A stretch of DNA of 64,000 nt, taken from Proteromonas lacertae. Lineage: Eukaryota. Within the stretch, counting starts at the first letter, position 1. Every line of letters starts with the position of its first letter. The position numbers and the translations under genes were made by a program. Below are positions 15,001 to 27,010 of the stretch, in pieces. Under the pieces are notes generated by a model. That model did not search any database. It saw nothing but the letters and a program-made list of their open reading frames with translations, and had not been told where the DNA came from. Where the stretch lies: NCBI GenBank assembly GCA_002245135.1, contig NGBS01000321.1, positions 1-64,000 on the forward strand. The letters run 5' to 3'.

Positions 15001-18000
15001 GCTTTCATTTTTATTTCACCTACAATTCCTTCTTCACTATCTCCACTCTTAAATTCTATTGAATCACCACTCTCTTTTTCTTTACTTCCTCCTACTATTT
15101 TCATTGAATTTGATTCACTTTCTATTGAAATATCACCACTTTTATTTTCACTGGATTTACTGGAAACGGAAATTTCAAAACCTTTCAACGAGATTGTACC
15201 AGATGATCTTAAACCACTTCCACTTTCAATGGAGATTTTACCACCTTCACCAATACTTTCACCTATCTCAAATTTTATATTACCACTTGAATTACTACTC
15301 TTACCACTAGCAATCAAGATTGAACCACTTGTCCAATTACCTGAATTTCCTGTTTTCATTAATATTTCACCACTTGTTCCATTTCCAGATGTATTACCAG
15401 TTTCAATAAATACTCCACCTTTAATTAATGAATTTTCAGTTTTATTAACCTGTATACTAATTGAACCTGAATTCTTAGATAGATGATATATTGTTTCTTT
15501 TGTAGAACCAGTTACTAATCTGATTGAACCAACTTCTTTAGCTTTGCTTGTTTGAATTACTATATAACTCTTAGCTTTTATATTTATATCTCCAGATACA
15601 CTACCTTCACCTGTTTTTGCAGAAATGCTACCTGATGTAGTATTACTGTTGCCAGTTGTTATATTGATTGATCCAGAGATAAATGAATCTTTTGTATCAA
15701 TCGAGATTGAACCACTTTTACCAGTTATACTTGATCCACTTACCATTCGAATTGATCCACTTGAATTAGATGTTTCAGACGAGGTTTCAATTATTAAATC
15801 TCCACCTTCACTCTTGGATTTACCTCCATGAATTCCTATATTACCACCTACACCTTTATCATTATCACCTCCTTTAAACATAACAGATCCACCAGATTTT
15901 GAAGATTCGGTTGAACCAGCTTTTATATTGATTGAACTACCATTCAATTTCCCAGATCCACCTATTAATTCGATATTGCCTACATTAGAATGACTCGAAT
16001 TTCCTGTCTCAATCAAAATCATTCCATTATTCTCGATACTGTTTTCTATAGAAATTTCAATTGATCCACTTTGATTAAATCCACTACTACTCATTATTAT
16101 ATTTCCTCCTTTCATCTCACTCGCACCACTAGATAATTCGATATTTCCATAACTTCCTGATTTTATACTGATATTTCCACCATCTAACTTACTTGAATTA
16201 GATATTAATATTGAACCACCTACGATTGTGCCATTTGAACTTGTCACATTTCCACCTTTCAAAGAGATTGAACCACTTGAGTCTTTACTGTTTATTGTGT
16301 TGATTTCAATTGAACCACTCACTGACACTTCATTGGTACTATTTCCTGTCTTGATTTCTATCTTACCACTGGAATCTTTATTACTTGAACCACTTTCGAT
16401 TATGATTTTACCATTATTCTTTCCTTTACCACTTTCAATATAGATATCACCTCCTTCAGATGTCTTTGATCCACTTCCACTCAACATTTCAATTGAACCA
16501 CCTACTGAACCACTTGATTCACCACTGTGAATCATTATAGAAGAGGAATTATATAAACTAGAACCTCCAATTATATCGATTGGACCACTTTCTTTACCAT
16601 TGTTACTAGACATTTCAATTGAACCACTGTCTTTTTCACTTGCACCACTCTTCAACAAGATTGAACCACTTTCACTGTTGTTACTTTTACCACTGGAAAT
16701 TTCTATAGATCCACTTAATACTTTACTTTCACCACTTATCATCTCAATTGAACCACTTGATTTTTTACTAGATCCACTTTCGAATGATAAAGATCCACTA
16801 TTATTCACACTTTCACCGCTAGACATTTCTATTGATCCACCTACACCATTCAGATTTTCATCAACTTTTATTAAGATTGAACCACTTTCATCTTTACCTT
16901 TTCCACTCTCGATTAAGATTGAACCACTTAGTTCATTTCCATCATTACTCATAATCTTTATTGATCCATATTCTTTTCCACTTCCACTCTTCAAGGTTAA
17001 ATCACCTCCAGAAATTCCTCCACTTCCACTTATACTAATAATAGAACCACCAATCTTATCACTTTCACCAGCTTTCAAAACTATTGAACCACTAGAAATT
17101 TTACTTGAACCACTCAATAAGATTACATTTCCAGAAGTAGATTGACTATTTAGTTTATCACCATTTCCACTGGATAAGCGGATTTTACCACTTTCAGATT
17201 CGGCATTTGAACTTCGTAATTCTATTGAACCACTTTCTATTTCACTTGACCCACTCTTGATCGAGATTTTACCTCCTTCACCATCTTCAAACATACTATC
17301 ACCACTCTTTAAGTGGATTGATCCACCTAATTCAGATCCAGAACCTATCTCGAACTTTATTGAACCACTTGATTTTTCACTTGAACCACTCTTTAAACTT
17401 ATATCTCCTGATGAACCACGACTGTTACTACTTTCGATTATTATTGATCCACTGGATTTACCTTCACCACTTTCGATCTTTATTGAACCACCAAGTTCTA
17501 AACTATCTCCACTTTCAAGCTTGATTGAACCACTTAAACCATTTCGACTTTTACCTCCAATTATTTCAATAGAACCACCATCTTCTTTTATACTCGAGCC
17601 AGCTTTCATTTTTATTTCACCTACAATTCCTTCTTCACTATCTCCACTCTTAAATTCTATTGAATCACCACTCTCTTTTTCTTTACTTCCTCCTACTATT
17701 TTCATTGAATTTGATTCACTTTCTATTGAAATATCACCACTTTTATTTTCACTGGATTTACTGGAAACGGAAATTTCAAAACCTTTCAACGAGATTGTAC
17801 CAGATGATCTTAAACCACTTCCACTTTCAATGGAGATTTTACCACCTTCACCAATACTTTCACCTATCTCAAATTTTATATTACCACTTGAATTACTACT
17901 CTTACCACTAGCAATCAAGATTGAACCACTTGTCCAATTACCTGAATTTCCTGTTTTCATTAATATTTCACCACTTGTTCCATTTCCAGATGTATTACCA

Positions 18001-21000
18001 GTGGTTATGTTAACTGAACCAGATTCTGATAATCCACTACCAGTTTCCATATTAATATTACCACCTGCAGTCTTTCTATTTACTAAATCATCAACATCTC
18101 CAGCTTCAATTCTGATACTACCATCTTCAGTAGCTCCATTTCCTGTTTCTAAATTGATATTTCCTGATTCTGGACCATTTGTTGAAGTTGTTTTAACATC
18201 AATATTACCAGATATACCATTCATTGAATCACCTGTTTTGAATGACACATTACCAGATGCAATTGTATTTTCTTTACTTTCAACAGAGATAATACCACCA
18301 TAAGCATTATTCTCTCCTTTACCTCCTTCAAATGAAATATCACCTGTATTACCACTGTAACTATTACCAGTCTTCATGTCAATATTTCCAGCTGTTTTGC
18401 CACTTCCACTCTTTATATTGATATTTCCTGATATAATCTTACTATTACCTACAGTCACATTGATTGATCCAGATTCATCAGATGATGATGATGAAGTATT
18501 TATGAGGATATTACCTGAAATGACATTAGAGTCTTCAGTAGTGAAGTAAATTGAACCACTTTCAGTTTTACCACTTCCACTCTTCATTGATAATATTCCT
18601 CCATTATCCTTTTGAGAACTACCACTCTTGAATGATGTTGATCCTCCTACAGATTTCTCGCTTGAACCTGCATTGAAGTAAATAGAACCTGTTTTATTAT
18701 TTGCATCATTTACTTTAACAATAATAGATCCAGATTTATCAACTGAATCTCCTGACTTTAATAAGATTGAACCAGATAAAGCAGATGAATCATTAGTCAT
18801 TAATTTAATTGAACCGCTATTTCTTTTTTCACTTTCACCTGATTTTATATCAATATTACCACTCTCAATACCATTTCCTGTTTTAATAGTCATATTACCA
18901 CTTTCTAAACCTTGAGATTTTCCTATTTTGAACTGAATTGAACCAGATCCATCTTTACTATTTCCTGTTTGTACTTTGATCATTCCACTATTACTGCCTG
19001 AACCAGTAGTATAATTAACAGATCCACTTTGTTTATTTGATTCTCCAGATGCAATTGCAAAATTACCACTTGTTAAGTTCATTGAATTACCAGTTTTCAT
19101 TTCAATATTACCACTTGTTAATGATTCAGCAGTAATTATTGATATTTCACCAGAATCTTCTTTTTCACTTGAACCAGTCTTAATATCAATATTACCACTG
19201 ATTCCATTATTACCATTTCCTGATTTTACATTAATATTTCCTCCATTTACACCAGATCCAGCTTTAAATTGGATTGATCCACTTTCTTTTCTTCCTGAAC
19301 CAGCTTCTAATGTCAAATTACCACCTTTACCTTTGGCATTAAAAGAATTACCAGCTTCAACTGTAATATTGGATGGTTTAACAGAATTATAGTTATCAAC
19401 TGTTATTTCAATACGACCAGCTTGTGAATTACTACTATCACCAGTTACAAGCTCAATTGATCCTGAAGATTTCTTTGAACTTTCAGTTTTGAATGATACA
19501 TCACCACTTGTTCCATTTAATGCACTTGTTTGAATGGTTATATTACCAGATGGGAAATATTTATCTGACTTTGTCTGTAACAATATACTACCACCAATTG
19601 AATTACTATCTCCAGCTTCAAACTTTATACTTCCAGATGATTCTTTACCATAATTTGTTTGGATTTTAATACTTCCACTTTGATTTTCAGCATCACCAGT
19701 TTGTAGAATAAAACTACCTGACTTATCAGGTCCATTACCTGTTGTAATATCAATTGATCCACTAATCTGTCCATTTGCAGTATCTAATCTAATAGATCCA
19801 CTTACACCTTCTTCACCTTCAGTATTACCTGATTTAACTATTATTTTACCACTATTACCCATATTCAATTTAGATCCAGTTTCAAATGAAATATTTCCTC
19901 CTATTCCATTACCTAATGAATCACCACCTTCTAATAATACATCACCACCATTGGCTTTATTATATTTACTCTTATCTAAACTTGATCCACCTACAAATGA
20001 GATTGAACCAGCGGTTAAACCACCTGATCCTGATTTGATGTTTATATCTGAACCATCTGTAATATCTGTATTACCAGAATGAATATTAATTCTTCCATTT
20101 CCTTTTTCAGAATTTCCTGTCTTAAATGATAAACTACCAGACTTTGATCCTGATTCTCCAGTTTCAATGATTAAAGATCCACTGTTTACATCATCAACAG
20201 CTGATAATACAATAGAACCACTTAAAACACCATTACCACTTTCAATAGAAATAGTTCCACCTGATGTTTGTTTTGATGAGCCAGATAACAAAGTCATATT
20301 AGAATGAATTGATGTAATGTTAATTGAACCACCATTCTCTGATAGAGATGAACCTGCATAGAATGAAATAGAACCTGGTACATTGTTAATTGAATCACCT
20401 GATCTAATAGAGATTGATCCAGCTTTTAGAGCATCAGATTGTTGGATATAAATAGATCCACTCTTTTCAACACTTTCACCAGTTTCAACATTAATATTTC
20501 CACCAGAAACTACATCACTATTACCAGCTTTTAAATTGATTCTAGCTCCATTACCTTCAGCTGTTGTACCTGTACGAATATTTATCTTTCCACTATCACC
20601 ATTTAAACTATTTCCAGATTCAATTGATAAACTGCCTGTTGAGCCATAGTTATTACCTGTAATGAATGAAATAATACCACTACTTTTAGTTGAATCAGGT
20701 GTATTTATAATAACAGAACCAGAAATGAAATTATCACTACTTCCTGAATTAACACTAATATCACCACTTTTACCTGAATTACCTTTTCCACTCTTTAACA
20801 TGACAGAACCACTACGTTGTTTCTGAGTTATTCCATGTGTTGAACCAGCATTAATAACAATCATTCCACCAATACCATTCACTGAAGATCCAGCAATGAA
20901 TTCAACATCACCACCATTTCCTTTATTAACATTTTTTGAAGCAATGAGTGTAATTTCACCTGATTTATCACTACCACTGCTTTTACCAATTTGAATATAC

Positions 21001-24000
21001 ATATCACCAGGTATAACATTCTTTACATTTCCTGTTGTGAATAATAATTCACCAGATATTGTTCCACTATTTCCAGTATTCAATGAAATTGAACCAGATA
21101 TTGGTGATATTTCAGTCTTCAATACAATACTACCTGAAACACCATTTGGAGCTGTTCCTGTAATACCTACAATTGATCCACCAGTTTGTGAATCAGATGA
21201 ACCAGCTTCAATTTGTATCATTCCAGTATTCATCAATCCTTTACCAGTTATTAATGATATTGATCCTGCTTTATTTATATCTGAATTAGCTGTTTCAATT
21301 AAGATTGAACCAGAACCTAATAATCCATCTGAATTACCACTTTCTATTGCAATTGATCCACTTAAACCTCTTTGGACTGATGAGGTTTTGATTGAGATTT
21401 CTCCACTTGATTTCTCACTTTCACCAGTTTTCATATAAATAGATCCAGTTAAACCACTATCAGATTTACCAGTTTCAACAGCTAATTTTCCTGCATTATG
21501 TTTGCTAGTTAATCCATCACTACTACCTGATGATATAACAATACCACCAGATGTTTTATTTGAATTATAAGTGGTAATATTAATTGAACCACCTAAAATA
21601 CCATTTCCACTCTCTAAGTCAATACTTCCACTATTTTTACCACCAGATATACCAGCTTCAACGACAATATTAGCTGGTGTAATTGACTCGCCAGTTTCAA
21701 TGTCAATAGTTCCAGAACTATTAGTCAATGATAATCCAGTCTTAAATGCAATATCACCAGTTCTACCAGAAACAGATGAACTTGTTGACATATTAATATC
21801 ACCAGTCTTATTCTTGCCAATACCTGATACTATACTCACATTACCTCCTAATCCTGTAACACTACTTCCACCTGATAATAATACATCACCTCCGGTATCA
21901 GTGGATGTTTTACTGTATGTATCACCACCTTTAATATCAATATTACTACCTGTTAAACCTGATCCTCCTTTAATACTCATATCACCACCTTTAGCACCAT
22001 TCTTATCAGTACTTCCAGCTTCAAATCGAAGAGAACCAGAGGTTAAACCAGCGTTACTTGATTCAATAGTAATATTTCCACTTCCTTCACCATTACCAGT
22101 TTCTATTGTTACATTACCACCTTCATTACCTGAACCAGTAATTACTCGAATTGATCCACTATCATGTTGTAATGCAGATGCATTGGCAGTTTGCATAAGA
22201 ATTGAACCACTAAAACCTTCATCGGATGAACCACTGACAAATTCAATTTTACCTCCTTCTCCTTCTTTAGATGGACCAGCTTTCATTGTAATATCACTTC
22301 CATTACCAGAGAATGAATCACCGACTTTCATATCAATTTCTCCGGAGTAATGATTGGATGATGAACCTGTATGAACTTTAATATCACCTGAATCCTGAGT
22401 TGCATTACCAGTTCTAATTGTAGCATTACCACTTGAACCATATACACTGTCACCAGTTTTAAATCTCATTTCACCACTATTGTATTTCACTGATGATCCT
22501 GTTTCCATTAAAATATCACCACCAGTACCAACATCTCCTTTTCCACCTTTTACTTCAATATTACCTCCACCTCTTGCTTTAGTTCCACTGAGTGATTCAC
22601 CACCAACAGCTTCAATATTTCCACCTCTTCCACCATCAGCAAATGCAGTGTTATTTCTTGTACCAGCTTTTAAGGAAACATTTCCACCTTTACCATTTTC
22701 ATTCTCACCAGCAATGAATAATATATCACCACCACTGTTTGCTTCAGCTTTACCAACATTAAATACTAAGTTACCAACAGTTTCACTACTATTTCCTGTT
22801 TCAATATTGATATTTCCACTTCCAACAATACCAGAAGCTGTAGAGAATGAAATAATACCTGAATTTCCATTTCTCACTGATGGTGTATAGATATTCAAAT
22901 GTCCACTTGCACCTAATGTATTTACACCAGTAGTAACATTAACATTACCACCATTACTTGTAACTGAATCACCAGCTTTAACAAATACATTACCTCCTGT
23001 GTTATTCATTGATTCACTAACAGATATAATCATATCACCAGCAATACTTGAATTGGAATCACCAGTCTTGATAAAGATTGCACCTGCATCTTTTACAGAA
23101 AAACCAACTTGAACAGATATATTTCCTGTATTGCCATATTTACTATCAGCTGTATGAACTATCATATCACCACTTTTACTATCTTTACTTGGTCCTGTCT
23201 GCATAAGCATTGAACCACCATCTCCATTCACAGCAGCACCACCTTCATATTTGATATTACCACCTGATGCTTCTTTATTATCACCATAGGAATGACCAGC
23301 TCTTACTTCTACATCACCTCCACTTCCTCCATTAATATTTGGGTTTGTACCTGAACCAGCTTGAATTGAAACATCACCACCTTCACCATTTGGTTTTACT
23401 GTATCTCCAGCTTTTATTTCAATACTTCCTCCTATTGCTCCATGAGTTTCATCAATATTGAATAAAATATCACCAGCATGACCATTTACTGTATTTCCTG
23501 TTTCAATTTGGATAACTCCAGATTCACCTTGATTACTTTTACCAGTAACAAATTCAATTTTACCACTTTCTCTTCCAGTTGATTCAGTATTAATAACAAT
23601 ATAACCACTATCTCTTTCTACACTCTTTCCTGAGGTAATAGTTGCAGAACCACCAATACCACCAACTGCATTTCCACCTCTTATTTCTACATCACCTCCT
23701 GTCTCATATACCGATCCATGTGAAGATCCAGCTTCAAATGTTAAATCACCACCATTACCTTTATCAGAATTACCACCTTTCATATTGATATTACCAGCTG
23801 GAGTTAAAGCAGCAGAGGTTGAACCAGCTTCAAATGAAACAGAACTACCATTTCCATTGAAACTATCACCTGATCTTATTCTCATACTTCCACTATCACT
23901 TTCATTTGAAATACCAGTTCTAATATCAACAATACCTGCATCTCCTGCTGTTGTATTACCGGTTTCAATATTAATATTACCACTTGAAATACCATCTTTA

Positions 24001-26255
24001 TTTGGCTGATTTGCAGTTGTCAATGATATATTACCTGTTCCAGCTGGTCCTTTACCAGATGTTACATGAATTGAACCACCATTTTGACCAATTGAATTTC
24101 CTCCTTTAAATGTAACATTTCCACCAACTGAATTATTACCTTCACCTCCAATGATAGTGATATTTCCATTTCCTACTGTTCCATTACCAGAAATAACATA
24201 GGCAGTTCCTCCTTTTACTGGACCTTCACCTCCTTCAATACTAATGCTTCCACCATCTTCAGTCTTGGATAAACCTCCTTCTAATGTAATATTACCACCA
24301 TCACCTACAGATTTCTTTATTAAGACAGAAAAACCACCTGCTTTCTTTGCATCTCCAGTTTGCATATATATATCTCCACTAGTGAAATTAGAATCACCAC
24401 TGTCAAATGATACTTCACCAGCTGTGCCATTATCTGAAGTAGATGTTACTATTGATATACTTCCACTATCTCCAATGAGATTAACACCAGTTTCAATATT
24501 AACATCACCTCCTGTATCATTTAAAGATTCACCAGCTTTCATAATTATTGGAGATCCTTCAACATTTGTTGTATTTCCACCTATTATATTGATATCTCCA
24601 GCTTTAACTGGTGAAAATCCAGTATTAATATCAATATTACCAGATGTGTTATTAGCATTACCAGTAGAAATTGAAATATTTCCAGAGTTATTCTCACTAT
24701 TAATACTTGAAATATTAATATTTCCACTTTTACCTGTAATACTTTCACCAGTTTCAATAGTAACGTTACCACCAGTTGCATTATTAGTAGCATTACCACC
24801 TTGTAATAATATACTACCAGCTACACTATCAACATCATTATTATCAACAGAAATACCTTTCATAAACACATCACCACTTGTTCCATTACCAATATTCTTA
24901 CCACTCTTTATATAAACATCACCTCCTTTGGTTGTATTAACTCCTGATCCACCTTGTAATACTAAATTACCTGTAGCACCATGAATAGATGAACCTGTAG
25001 TAATATTGACATTACCTGTTAAGTTTTTACTATCACCACTATTGATTATTATTGAACCTGATATTGGTGCACTTCCTGATTCAAATTTGATTTCTCCACT
25101 TTTAGATTCACTTCCAGCTTTTTCTGTTTGAATAACAAAGTCACCACTTTTATTATTTTCACTTTTACCTGTTGTAAATTCAACAGAACCTCCAGTACCA
25201 TTACCAATTGTATTACCTCCTTGTATATCAATAGAACCAGGTATTTTCTTACTATTTCCACCTTTCAATGTAATATTTCCTGATTTCTTCAATGAATCAT
25301 TCACTACAATATTCACATCACCTGATTTCTTATCACCAATACCTGTATTAATATTAACATCACCAGTTCTATTAGATTCAGTAGATTTAATAATAACATT
25401 ACCAGAAATATTACTATTCTCATGATCATTCACTATAATATCACCACCAACGTTATTATAACCATTTCCACCTGTAATACTAGCAGTACCTCCTTGTCCA
25501 GCTACTGAATTACCTCCAATCATTGTAATATTCTGTTTAGTAGAGGTTATATTGACAGAACCACCAAGTATATTTCCTGCACCAGCTGTTATACTGATTG
25601 AACCTCCTACACTTGAACCATTACCACTTAACATGGTTACATTGTTTGGTGATGTTATATTGAAAATCTTATTGTTCTGGGTCATTCTAGAGGGAGATCC
25701 CAATCCTACTTCACCTCCACTGAATACTTCATCTGCTTCAACATTAAGATTTCCAATAACTGTCTCGTTATTAACAAATGATGTTGGACAGGGAGTTTCA
25801 TACACCATTCCTCTACATTTGGAAGTAAAAACATCATCTTTGATAATACATCTACTCTCTGAAGAACACCAACCACAATCGTCTGCAGATGCGCATGAAG
25901 TACAATCTGTGTAATTAGAACAATTGGGTTTTTCTATTATGGAAATATAGAATATTAAATAATATACTTGGACATATATTAACCTCCTCAGTTGTATATA
26001 ACCATTCGTCACAGTCTAATCCCTCTGCAGGTCCAACCTCATTACCTTCCATACATTGAAGAGAAGAGAGACAATAACCACATCCTGCAGTAACTACGCA
26101 CTTACCACAGTAATCCATCTCATCCCTATAAAATATATAAAACATTATAGCCTATACCAGTATAATCTCCCATTCTCATCATTAAACTGGCTACAGCTAC
26201 TCCCATACGCTGTACCAGTTAATAGTGATAATATTATCACTAAGATCGTAAGCAT
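1..26255 (-). CDS. Giant secreted Gly/Ser-rich repeat fibre protein with N-terminal PSI-like domains and internal Peptidase S74 chaperone domain (3'-partial, at least about 8,700 aa, three apparent 1-nt frameshifts)
   Basis: ATG at 26255 (MLTILVIILSLLTGTAYG, signal-peptide-like). GT-AG introns 26126-26157 (32 nt) and 25934-25967 (34 nt) splice in frame into ORF 9561..26012. The same repeat continues through ORFs 7810..9201 and 3810..7832 and an apparently open frame from about 3815 to the window edge. Frame changes occur at about 9596, 7821 and 3818. Confidence 0.88.
202..1781. repeat. Direct repeat of about 272 bp (202-473 and 1510-1781), offset 1,308 bp, inside the giant CDS
   Basis: ORFs 259..468 and 1567..1776 differ by one residue; I see two nucleotide mismatches; the offset is in frame. 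Confidence 0.9.
10929..11261 (-). other. Peptidase S74 / intramolecular chaperone autoprocessing (ICA) domain within the giant protein
   Basis: SDRRVKENIERIDVEDILFRLQQLKVKSYTY...VRGFIANEVEEVFPEYI...MDILAGIQAL matches the SDxRxK...GfIAqEv..vfPe.V...l..aiqeL pattern of endosialidase, tail-fibre and MYRF chaperone domains. Ser codon 11259-11261, Lys codon 11244-11246. Confidence 0.9.
13028..18002. repeat. Direct repeat of about 2,374 bp (13028-15401 and 15629-18002), offset 2,601 bp, inside the giant CDS
   Basis: Identical translated ORF pairs offset by exactly 2601 (13627/16228, 13999/16600, 14717/17318, 15059/17660). Boundaries read by eye; the spacer is 227 bp and the offset is a multiple of 3. 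Confidence 0.95.
25780..26110 (-). other. Two tandem PSI (plexin-repeat-like) Cys-rich modules at the N-terminus of the giant protein
   Basis: CGKCVVTAGCGYCLSSLQC...C..W...CP and CSNYTDCTSCASADDCGWCSSESRC...C...CP; the CxxC...CG(W/Y)C...C pattern is typical of PSI repeats. Confidence 0.75.
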
Positions 26256-26385
26256 TGCTTTCAAAAAAGTCTTTGAAATATTCAAGCCTAATCAAGCAAT
26301 GAAAAAGCGTATAGTTGTTTACATTCTTTATCAAGACCTATCAACGTATTTCATTCAAACATTAAGCTTGACTGGTTTGATTGAA
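26256..26385. promoter_or_regulatory. Bidirectional promoter region between the giant fibre gene and uL11m
   Basis: 130 bp between divergent ATGs; TCAAGC at 26282 and 26292 (GCTTGA on the minus strand) and GCTTGA at 26366. Confidence 0.55.
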
Positions 26386-26945
26386 ATGTCAAAAGCCTCA
26401 AAAGCAGCAAAAGGAGTTCAAATATTAAAACAAACAGTGTTAAGACTGATGGTAAAATCAGGTCCACCAAAACCAACACCTGAAATATCAAGAGTATGAG
26501 TTTGTTTTTCTAAATTAGGCGCTTGGATCTCTTGGATTGAATGTAAAAGATTTTGTTGATAAAGTGAGTAAAGCCACAACACAATATCAGCCAAACATTC
26601 CTATTCCAGTCATTATGACTGCTTTTCCTAATAGAACATTCACATTTTACACAAAACTACCACCTACAACTTATTTTATAAAGAAATGTGCTGGAATTAC
26701 TAAAGGGAGGTATTGATTTTTATTTTTATGTTCTATGTTAGTGGTGATCAAAAAGTAATAGTTGGATATATAAATCTAAAGCAAGTATATGCAATTGCCG
26801 AATTGAAGAAAACAGAACCTCATCTAAGTCATTTATCTTTAGAAGCTTTGTGTTCTCAAGTATAATTATAGGGTTATATAATAAATAGATTATTGCAACT
26901 TGTAAGACGATGGGTGTGAAGGTAGTTAATAAGAATGGACAGTAA
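26386..26945 (+). CDS. MRPL11: Mitochondrial/bacterial-type ribosomal protein uL11
   Basis: Spliced (3 introns, first 26494-26518): LRLMVKSGPPKPTPEISRALGSLGLNVKDFVDK...IPIPVIMTAFPNRTFTFYTKLPPTTYFIKKCAGITKG...VGYINLKQVYAIAELK...IIATCKTMGVKV, the uL11 signature throughout. Confidence 0.93.
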
Positions 26946-27010
26946 TTTATAATTTCTTTTGTTTGTATTGCTTTTTCAGGAAATAAACACTTCATGAATA
27001 AATGTATTAT

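Noticed and set aside
13028..18002. LTR pair or CRISPR-like array
   Set aside because: The repeats are in-frame coding sequence with only a 227-bp coding spacer; there is no RT/integrase and no short repeat-spacer periodicity.
259..25914. Dozens of plus-strand ORFs rich in Pro, Leu and Ile (e.g. 14656..15486, 17257..18303) or His, Leu and Tyr
   Set aside because: Antisense shadows of the Gly/Ser/Ile repeat codons of the giant minus-strand gene; they change frame exactly where the sense frame changes.
25934..26012. ORF-track start MTNGYIQL... for the 5,483-aa protein
   Set aside because: It reads through an intron and an out-of-frame exon; the spliced model from ATG 26255 gives a signal peptide and a complete first Cys-rich module.
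1..26255. Prophage, viral insertion or bacterial contamination suggested by the S74 domain
   Set aside because: The gene has host-type 32- and 34-nt spliceosomal introns, a signal peptide and PSI-like modules, and shares a promoter region with uL11m. No capsid, integrase or other viral genes are seen in the window.
26056..26385. N-terminal 110 aa of plus-strand ORF 26056..26499
   Set aside because: Overlaps the first exons of the fibre gene antisense; uL11 similarity begins only at the ATG at 26386.
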